From the NCBI RefSeq assembly GCF_030144855.1, contig NC_082715.1, positions 145,018,001 to 145,082,000 of the forward strand: DNA of 64,000 nucleotides, in the 5' to 3' direction. The translations under genes were made by a program, and so were the position numbers. Each line of letters starts with the position of its first letter. Position 1 is the stretch's first letter. Under the pieces are notes generated by a model, which was not told where the DNA came from, ran no database searches, and saw only the letters and a program-made list of their open reading frames with translations. Positions 54,120 through 64,000 of this stretch are shown piece by piece. This DNA is from Hypanus sabinus (taxonomy: Eukaryota).

Positions 54120-56510
54120 CTACGACATGAGCAATTGCTTTGAGCGTCCTTTGGACTCGGACCCCAGGTTCCCTCTGATCCTCCACACTGCCAAGAGTCT
54201 TACCATTAATATTATATTCTGTCATCACATTTGACCTACCAAACTGAACCACTTCACACCTATCTAGATAGAACTCCATCTGTCACTTCTTAGCCGAGTT
54301 TTGCATCCTATCAATGTCCCGGTGTAACATTTGACAATTCTCCACACTACCCACAACACCTCCAACTTCTGTGTCATCAGCAAACTTCCAAACCCATCCC
54401 TCCGTTTCCTCATCCAGGTCATTTATAAAACTCAAGAAGGGTAAGGGTCCCAGAACAGATCCTTGAGGCACTCCACTTGTAACCGACATCCATGCAGAAT
54501 ATTAAGCGCCTACAACCACTCTTTGCCTTCTGTGGGTAAGCCAGTCCTGGATCCACAAAGTGATGTCCCCTTCGATCACATGCGGCTTTACTTTCTCTAT
54601 AACACTTGCATGGGGTACCTTATCAAATGCCTTGTTGAAATCCATTTTCACTATATCTGCTGCTCTTCATTCATCAATGAGTTTAGTCACATTCTCAAAA
54701 AAAATTCAATCAGGATCATAAGGCACGACCTGCCCTTGACAAAGACATGCTAACTACTCCTAATAATATTATACCTCTCCAAATGTTCATAAATCCTGTC
54801 TCTCTGGATCTACACAATCAGCTTATTAATCACCGAGGAAAGACTCAATGGTCTGTAATTTCAATGGTTATCGGAACTCCCTTTATTGAATAAAGGAACA
54901 ACATCCGCAAACCTCCATTCCTACAGAACCTCCCCCTTCCCCATTGATGATGCAAAGATCATCGCCAGAGGCTAAGCAGTCTTCTCCCTCACCTCCTACA
55001 GTAGCATGGGTTACATTTCGTCCGGACCGGGCGACTTATCCTACTAGATGCTTTCCAAAAGCTCCAGTACATCCTCTTTCTTAATAGCTACACGCTCAAG
55101 CTTTTCAGATCACTGCAAGTCATCACTACAATCACTAAGATCCTTTTCCATAGTGAATACTGAAGTAAAGTATTCATTAAGTACCTTTGCTATTTCCTCC
55201 AGTTCCATACACACTTCCCCACAGTCATATGTGATAGGTCCTATTCTTTCACGTCTAATCCTCTTTCCTCATACTGGTAGAATGCCTTGTGGTTTTCCTT
55301 AATACTGCCCGCCAAGACCTTTTCATGGCCCCTACTATCTCTCCTAATTCCCTTTTTAAGCTCCTTCCTAGTCGCCTTACAATCTTCCAGATCTCTAACA
55401 TTACCTAGCTCACTGAACCTTTTGTAAGTTTTCCTTTCTTCTTGAATAGACTTATTTCAGCCTCTGTACACCCGGGTTCCTGTGCTCTACCATAAATTCC
55501 CTGTCTCATTGTAACGTACCTGTACAGAGATCAACACATATATCCCCTGAAGAGTTGCTACATTTCTTCCGTACTTGTCCCTAAGAACATCTGTTTCCAA
55601 TTTAAATCTCCAATTTCTTCCCTGATAGCCTCATAATTCCCCTTACTCCAATTAAATATTTTCTAACTTGTCTGGTCCTATCTCTGTCCAATGCTATTGT
55701 AAAGAAGATAGAATTATGATCACTATCTCCAAAATGCTCTCCCACTGAGAGATCTGACATCTGACCAGGTTCATTTCCCATACCAAACCAAGTACAGCCT
55801 CTCCTCTTGCAGGCTCATCTACATACTCAAGAAACCTTTCTGAACAAAGCTAACAAACTTCAACCCATCTAAGCCCCTCACTCTAGGGAGATGCCAATCG
55901 ATATTTGTAAAATTAAAATCTCCCATCACGACATCTCTGTTATTATTACACATTTCCAGAATCTGTTTCCTTATCTGCTCCTCGATATTCCTGTTACTGT
56001 TGGGCGGCCAATAAAAACACCCAGTTAAGTTATTGAACCCTTCATGTTCCTAACCTCCACCCACAGAGACTGCGTAGAAAATCCCTCCAAGATGCCCACC
56101 TATTCAGCAGCTGTGACACTATCTCTGATCAACAGTGCCTCCCTCCCTGTCCTTTCTGAAACATCTAAAACCCGGCACTTGCAATAACCAATTCTGTCCC
56201 TGAGACATCCATGTCTCTGTAATTGCCAACGCATCATATCTCCAAGTATTGATCCACGCTGTAAACTCATCCGCTTTGTTCACAACACTCCTTGTATTAA
56301 AGTAGACACAACTCAGGCCTTCGGTCTGTGCGCGTCCTTTCTGTGTCAACTGCCTAAGCTCCCACTCACACTGTGTACAAGGTTTCTTTATTTGTGATCC
56401 AACATCCTCTTCCCCAGTCTCTTCAGTTCGGTTCCCACCCCACCCCCAACAATCCTAGTTTAAAATCTCCCCAGTAGCCTTAGCAAACCTCCCCTCCGGG
56501 ATAAGTCTCA
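54120..56510 (-). mobile_element. CR1, apparently an A/B chimera
   Basis: Left flank matches CR1-A (35240), right part matches CR1-B (39340-39960, 15930-17460). Confidence 0.8.
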
Positions 56511-56532
56511 ACTTCATAAAAAACACAAATAA

Positions 56533-59500
56533 GATGGACGTCACGTGGATGCCGGGCAAGATGGCTGCATGTTAGTGGAGCTCCGACGACCCGCCATAAA
56601 ATTCTATCAATTAGAGCATATTAACCCGCCTTATTCGGATACAGCTTTTCTAGAGTTCAAATTGTTTGTTTTTTTACTGAAAAATAACAACTTTGCGAGA
56701 TAATTCGGGACGATGCCGAGAACTTCGAAGAGCGCTACAGCGAGTCAAGTGGCTACAAGTCAGGGCCTGCAATCCGAAGTTCAAGGCACGCTAACGACAC
56801 AAACGGACTAAGGCTCCAACATGGAGAATTTACTGGTTGAGGTTAGTCGTATAAGTTCCATTCTGCTCGGGGTGGGTACTGATTTAACTACGATTAAAGA
56901 AACGACAATGGAGTTGAAGAACTCCGTCAATGCCATTCAAAAGAGGCTGACGGAAGCCGAGGTCGCCTCTCCAGTGTGGAGGACACCACTGTGCAAATGA
57001 TGGGTGCTGGCGAGCAGAATAATAAACGCTTGGACCTGCTGTGGAACCGTGAGGAGGAGCTTGAGAACAGGAGCGGACGGAACGTCAGGCTGGTCGGTCT
57101 GAAGGAGGGTGCGGAAACGGGCGGTCTGATTAGGTGTCTGCAAAGAATCATGTCGGAGGGATTTGGCATCGAACTGAAAGCAGAGTTTGAGATTGAGAGG
57201 GCGCATCGGGTCCCGGCTCCGAGGTCCGGCGAGGATCGCCCCCCCCCCCCCCAGGATGGTCTTAATATGATTCTTGCGCTCTTCGGCCACAGAGAAAGTG
57301 CTGCAAGCGGCCAAAGCAAAAAGAGGAGTTCAGTGGGAGGGGTGCAAAGTCTCCTTCTTTCCGGATATGTCCAGAGAATTGGCTGAGAAACAGAGTGCAT
57401 TTACTACTGCTCAGAAAATGCTGCAAAGAGTCAACGTGACGTATACACTCGCTTATGCAGCAGTTCTCCGATTCACGTGGAAAGGAAAGAACACGTTCTT
57501 TATTACTGCTGCAGACGCAGTGAAATTCATTCAGGAAAAGTGTGCAGCTGGCATTGACTGAGAGACAGTAATAGGTGGAGATAACTTTTTACGTACAACA
57601 GGGTGGGTGGGGACATGGATAAAGTGGTCTGATTAGTACGAGGCTTACTAGCTGGCACGGTACTTCGCGGACCATCTCTTGTGTCTTTTTCTTTTCCGTT
57701 TCTTTGTAGAGGTTATTCTGCCTATTCGCTTTTATCTGTTAGTTAATCTGGCAGGAATATATTACCGCTAGTTTGTGGGTTATGTTGGTTGTTTATTTGT
57801 TTGAAAGCGCAACATTTGCAGCGTTTCCTGGTAATAATTGAGCATGGGGATAGAGTACAGCAGGTTTTTCTTTGGATTTTGTTTTTGGAATTACTGCATT
57901 CGAGAATCAGTGATCCGGGAAAATGTATATTTTTGCACATGAGTGCATGAAGCTTAGGACATGAAAATTGTTAATTTCATATCATGTAACATTAGTGCGT
58001 CTGGAAACCCAATCAAGAGCAAAAAGGATATTATCATACCTTAAAGGTAAACAAGTTGATGTTCCATTTGTCCAGAAACATGTTACAGATGTTGAAGCAC
58101 TGAAATTTAGAAGAGATTGGGTGGGCCAGGTATTCTTTCGTCATTTAACAGCAAACAAAATGGGACAATGATTTTAGTCAAAAAAACTTAATTTTGTATT
58201 GCTTGGAGAATTTAAGGAAAGGAAGGCAGGATAATTTGTATAGACGCACTTATTAATGGGGCGAAGGTAGTACTTTGTAACATATATGCACCTAATAAGG
58301 AAGACCCAGACTTTCTTACCAAGGTGAACGAAATTTTAGGCACCAAGGAAGGAAAAATAATTTTAACAGGAGACTTTAACTCAGTAATGGACCCTGTTAT
58401 TGATAAAAGCCAATTTCAGACTTCACCTTTACCTAGGGAAAGGGCAGCCATACATCAACTTATTGAGGATATCGGTCTGGCGGATATATGGCGATTGGTG
58501 AATTCATCCGGAACAGAATATACGTTTTTCTCTCATCGACATAAATCCTACTCTAGAATAAATTTCTTTCTGATATCCAACTCTATTGTTGTACAGTTGA
58601 TAGACTGTAAAATGGTCCCAATAGCATTATCAGACCAGGCTCCGGTTGTAATTCAAATTGATTTAAATACCGAAAGGGTAAGGAGGGGTAGATGGCGAAT
58701 GAATATTATGTTGTTAAAAGATGAGGATTTCAGTGATAAACTGGCTGAGGATCTGACTTCGTTTTTTGAATTGAATGTAGGGACCACAGTAAAGCTGTCC
58801 TCGGTATGGGAGGCATTCAAGGCGTATATAAGAGGAAAATTAACAGCACAAGCATCTAAAAAGAAGAAAGAATGTATGGAGTAAATAAAAAATCTGGAGG
58901 CAGACATAACCACATTGGAAAAGGTCTTATCAAGACAATATACCGATGACCTATACAAAGATCTGTGCAATTTCAAATTCCAGCTAAATAACGTATATAG
59001 CAAAGAAGCAGAATATATATTATTTAGATTAAAAACAAGTTTCTATGAAGGTGGTGACAAAGCTGGTAAGCTGTTGGCACGATACTTAAAGCAACAGAAT
59101 ACGAATAGTCTTATACCTGTAATTAAGGAAGGGGTCACATTAGTGTCATCATCTAAAGAAATAAATGAAGTCTTTCAACAGTTCTATCAACATATATATG
59201 CATCACCGTTTAATCATGACCAGGACGAGCCGAAGCAGTTTATCGCTAACATGAAATTGCCTACATCATCCCCACGACAAGCTGAGTCCTTGGATGCCCC
59301 AATTACTGAGGATGAGGTCAGACGGGCTATTGCAGATATGAAAGCGGGGAATTCTCCAGGTATGGATGGCATCCCAGTTGAATATTATAAGAAATTTCTG
59401 GACACCATTGGCTCCTATTCTAACAAAAATCTATTCAGAAGCATTTAATTTGGAATCTTCACCTAATACATTCAATGAAGCATTAATATCTTTGATCCCA

Positions 59501-62402
59501 AAAAAAAGATTGGGATGCAATAGATCCTTCCAATTATAGGCCTATGAGCTTAATTAATGTAGACTGTAAGATACTGACTAAAATACTGACTAAAACATCG
59601 GCAGGAAATATACACGTTACACAATTTGTACCAGCAGGCCAACCTGCAGAACACCAACATCAAAGGAGATAAAGATTCTGCATGTTGCTCGGGATTGGAA
59701 AATGGACGTGGCCTTGGAGAAAAAGCTTGTGTTTCCCTCAGACATTGTGGCTACAATACTCTGGCCAGACATAGTCCTGTGGTCCACAAAAGCCAAGCTG
59801 GCATATGTTGTGGAATTGACAGTACCATGCGAAGATGGTGTTGAAGAAGCTTATGAGAGGAAAAAGACCAAGTACTCTGAAGCTGCTGGAAGACTAAGAC
59901 TGAGATTTTCCCTGTAGATGTGGGATGAAGGGGATTCGTTGCTATATCTACGACCAGTCTACTCAAGAAGGTGGGGGTAAGTGATGTCTCCCTCCAACAA
60001 GCAATCAAGTCCTTCTCAACTGCAGCAGAAGAAAGCAGCAATTCGATTTGGATTAAAAGGAAACACAACAACTGGGCTGCAAGATGAAGACAGGAGGGTA
60101 CGGAACCGAGGGGTGTGTAACTGGGACGCCGCGTAGCACCGTTGAGCCCTCTGGAGACGTCGTGGGCTTATCAATGAAACGTCAAAGAAGGAGGGTGCAC
60201 ACCCGATGACCCTGATGACGTAGCTACCCTCCTCGTCACCACTCCAAGCCTACTGCCAACATCGAGAGTGCCGACTTCATCATTGGGATTGAAACATCAA
60301 GTCCAAATAGCTCTACTACTGGCTTCGTGATTAGAGAAACTATTGCCAATCTATAATTAACACTGACCAGCTTGGCTTCATTAAAGGCAGATACGCAACT
60401 GACAATTTAAGGAGATTACCGCACTTAATATGGCTGATCTCCCCAAGTAGTATCCCAGTTACTGCCATCTCCCTGGACGCTGAAAAGGCCTTTGACAGGG
60501 TTGAGTGGAGATTTTTAACCACAGCCTTGCAATTCTTTGGGGTTGACTCTATCTTTAAATCATGGTTTACAATTTCGTAGAAAAACCCCAGGCTGCAGTT
60601 ATTACAAATAGTACCATATCCCCATTTTTCAACATTTTACGGGGTACACGCCAAGGATACCCCCTCTCCCCACTGCTTTTTGGAACAGTTGGTGGTCGTG
60701 ATTAGAGCAGATCCAGATATTAGAGAGGTGAAGGGAGGCGGAAAGGAGCATAAGTTGATGCTATATGCTGGCGATATTTTATTACAGATTAGTGACACTC
60801 CTAATTTCTTACCCCCACTAATGAAAACAATTCAATTATATTCTGAAGTGTCTATTTATAAAATCAACTGTAGTACATCTGAGGCCATGCTAATGTCAAA
60901 ATTGTGTTATTCAAATTCAGTATCTCAGTTTAATTTTAGATGGGTGCCAGTTGGAATGAAGTATCTAGGGGTCAAACTCAGTCGGAATTTGGATGAAATA
61001 ATTGGATGATCCATTATTGAGTAGGATAAATAATAATCTGGATGAGTGGGGGGCACTGCGACTGTCACTCTGGGGTAAAGTCAACGTAATTAAAATGTTC
61101 ATAGGACCTCAGTTTAACTATCTTTCTATGATGATTCCTTTAAATATTTCAGATTTGATCTACCAGCAGTACGACAAAATTATTAGTGACTTTCTATGGG
61201 ATAAGAAGAAGCCCTGAATTAAAATGAGTAAGATGTGTATGTCCGGTGACATCGGTGGGCTCAGTCTACCAGACCTCAGGGCATATAAGTTATCCTTTGA
61301 AATGACCAAGTTAGCTAAACATTGGGATAGGGCAGATGTTGATTTAGATTGGCTCGTTATAGAACGGAGCTTGGCTGCACCACATTCTCCCCTTAACATA
61401 CTCTCACAACATGTGGAAAACAAGATTAATCTAAATCCTATACTAATTAACTCAAGGAGTCTGTGGAGTACAATTCATAAATCTTGTAAAATGTCACATT
61501 TAAATCAGTTATACTCCTTGCACTGGAATAACGCTGTGATACGCATTGGGAAAAGAATGGTCTACTGGAAAGAATGAAAGATTATTTTAAGTGAATTCTT
61601 TACACTACCACAGGAAGATCATAAAGAATCAATCAGTGTTTTATAAAATGTTCAAGCACTCTGTGAGTGAACCATGTAACAATCTCAAAGCAGTGTGGCA
61701 GAAGGATCTCGGAAGTGATATTGAAGATAATGTGTGGTCAAGTATTTTATCAAATGTAGGTAGACATATTAGGGAAGCGAGTGGGAATTTTATTCAGTAT
61801 AAGATAGTACACAGATATTATTGAACACCAACTAGACTCTACAAAATGGGGATTGTTGATAATCATTTATACTGGAAATGTAAAAATGAGGTGGGCACAT
61901 ATTTTGACAAGATTTGCGAGCGTTCCATTGGTCGTCCATTTTGATGTAAAGTTCTTGATTTGTTGAGGAATTGGTCGGGTCCTACACTGCCCTTGTGCCC
62001 ATGGCTTTGTCTCTTGGATGATAGAACAATGATACCTAATGTAAACAATGACAAATTTACTATCTTAAAGACGGGTCTCATCACAGCTGCAAGAATTATG
62101 TTACAAACTGGAAGAAAACCCAGATGTCCCACTGTGAGGGAATGGACTAAGGAAAGGGTTAAGATTTCATCATATGAACACATGTTGGAAAGAATTAACA
62201 GTGAGGAAAAAGTGCAAGACGCGTGGGATCAATTTTGGTTGCATGTTGATTTAAACTTAAATTAGAACGTTTTTTTCTGTTTCATAGTTTTATATGTTTT
62301 CCGGTCATGGGATGGCTGTGTAAATATTCTGTACTGCATCTTCTCTATGATATGCTGTGTTCCTTTGTAAAATAAGAATAAATCATAAAATTTTGAATTA
62401 CA
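56533..62402 (+). mobile_element. Near full-length L1 copy C (ORF1 56713-57561 broken, EN-RT ORF2 decayed) with putative 15-bp TSD
   Basis: EN motifs LTGDFN, YTFFSHRHKSYSRI, SDQAPV; AAAAAACACAAATAA 56518-56532 vs AAAAAACATAAATAA 62403-62417. Confidence 0.92.
59596..60316 (+). mobile_element. 5'-truncated HERO-like (REL-endonuclease) non-LTR retrotransposon nested in the L1 RT
   Basis: LVFPSDIVATILWPDIVLWS...VELTVPCEDGVEEAYERKKTKY and downstream FPVDVG*RGF match the HERO PD..ELTVP..K region; absent from L1 copies A and B. Confidence 0.75.
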
Positions 62403-63164
62403 AAAAAACATAAATAAATCAACCTAAGACCAGCGGCGTATTATTGAGTCTCACTGAACCACTGCAAAGGAGAAAATTCCGTTGCAATTCTGAAAAATTT
62501 TCCATCGATATTCCAAGTATCATGTTTCACTACAGCACTCCCTTCGTTCCTGCCACTCTGTGTGAAATGCCAAACAGTTGCATCGTCTGTCCACCATCAC
62601 AGGCGCTTCATCTCATCCGTGCAGCCAACACTTTAAATGCATTGTGGCAATTAATCACCACGTCGTTTTACATTGACGTTATCAGCGTATAACATGTAAC
62701 ACGGGAAAGCTTTTACCCGAACAGTTTAACACGATATTCTGTGGATTATATTGATGATACTTTCCACTTCGGAGACGAGGGTGCAACATAGCAGAAACAT
62801 GAGGGTGAATTCCCCAGTTATATTTGGTAAATAACAAGTGGATACGCCTCAGAGACTCAACTCAAATTCCTTCTCAGCTTTCCTTATAACTTTTCTGTAT
62901 TCTCGCAATAATCAATTCGTTGTAAGCTAATCTTTTTGTTCGTCTGCTGTCAGTTAATCGCTTCGCATTTCTGGTCAGATGCAGTCCTTCTCCCGTGAGA
63001 TATTCAACCTTAAGCCCACAGTACTTCAGCTGCTTCGTCCCATTTTGATTTATTTTCGTTTATGTGCCCCCGATGCATTTGTATCTGGGGGGTGGAGTTT
63101 GGGGATGCGTGGAAATTTGCAAATGTCAGTGACAGTGAACCTGTGAATCGGTCATAAACTGGTA

Positions 63165-63836
63165 AATTTTCAAATTGCTTAATTGTCGTCCCATGTACCG
63201 AGGTGCAGAGAACAACTGTTTTTCAGGTCATTCATGCAGATCAGTTCATCAGTGCATTGAGATTGCACAGGCGAGCAGAATAAAGTGTTACAGTTACAGA
63301 GAAAGTGCAGTACAGGTAGGCAGTAAGGTGCAAGGGCATAACGACATAGAATGTGAGGTCAAGACTCTATCTGATCAAAGTAGTGAAACATTAAGAGGTC
63401 ACATAACACCGAGACAGACGCTGTCCTTGAGCCTGGCGGTATGTGGCTTTAACGCTTTTGGATCTTTTGCCCGATGGGATGGAGGAGAAGAGAGAATGTC
63501 CGTGATGGTTGACGTCTTTCCCTATATTGACTGCTTTGCCGAGGCAGCGACAGTGTACACAGAATCCATGGAGGGGAGTTGCCTTCCGTGATGTGCTGAG
63601 CTCTATGCGCAACTCTCTTTAGTTTATTTCAATTACCAGCAGAGCAGACACCATACCCAGCCGTGATGCATCCAGACGGAATTCATCGATAAAAATTGCT
63701 GAAGTCAAAGTTAGAGCGCCAGTGAGCGCTCTTTGCCGTGACAGCTACGTGGTTGGACCAGGATAGGTTGTTGGTGACGTTCACTCCACTGAACTTGAAT
63801 TTCTCAACCCTCCCGATCTCAGCATCGTTTACATAG
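63165..63836 (-). mobile_element. Rex1/Babar remnant upstream of cluster 4
   Basis: ORFs 63391-63612 and 63683-63928 (KFKFSGVNVTNNLSWSNH). Confidence 0.7.
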
Positions 63837-63838
63837 TT

Positions 63839-63905
63839 GCCCCGCCCATTTCCTGAAATCAAGATCCAATTCATTCGTGAGTAGAGATCTGCATGTATAT
63901 ATATT
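63839..63905 (+). promoter_or_regulatory. Promoter of a fourth IgL cluster (gene beyond the window)
   Basis: GC box 63839-63847, CCAAT 63866-63870, ATCTGCAT 63887-63894, TATA-like; the window end aligns to 4771, 11 nt before the cluster 1 ATG. Confidence 0.7.
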
Positions 63906-64000
63906 TCAGTGACTTTGCAGTCTTCCACAGTTCTTAAGGAGCAGCTTCGAAAGCCCTGAACAGGACTTGTGTCCGAAAGCCTTTGACTTCTGATTCTTAT

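Larger units (their letters stand above)
1..64000 (+). repeat. Tandem segmental duplication array of Ig light-chain units (approx. <1-17486, 17487-39968, 39969-56532, 56533->64000)
   Basis: The same ordered blocks (L1, upstream region, Rex1 remnant, promoter, L, VJ, intron, C, CR1 remnants) recur. For example, position 1 aligns with 58641, and VJ starts fall at 4919, 23856 and 41302. Confidence 0.95.

Noticed and set aside
60156-60218. GACGTC...GAAACGTC...CTGATGA hammerhead-like words in the HERO 3' UTR
   Set aside because: Stems I and II cannot be formed in any standard topology I tried.

Overview
Cartilaginous-fish (shark or ray) genomic DNA containing a head-to-tail tandem array of immunoglobulin lambda (type II) light-chain clusters. 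Each is organised leader - germline-joined VJ - C on the + strand, with no RSS between V and J. Clusters 1 (4782-9216) and 2 (23719-27763) each splice into an open 240-aa light chain. Cluster 3 (41302-45958) is a pseudogene. Cluster 4 is represented only by its upstream region and promoter; by homology its ATG lies about 11 nt past the window end. The repeated unit (about 17-23 kb) includes an L1 retrotransposon about 1.6 kb upstream of the leader, a Rex1/Babar remnant abutting the promoter, and CR1 remnants, so the array grew by segmental duplication. Unit-specific insertions (HERO, Rex1, young CR1, Penelope-type SINE) and microhomology-bounded deletions came later. The two intact V genes differ almost only by amino-acid-changing substitutions, whereas their C exons are nearly identical. 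Exon coordinates were read from splice sites. TE boundaries are approximate, and family assignments rest on motif recognition, not database searches.
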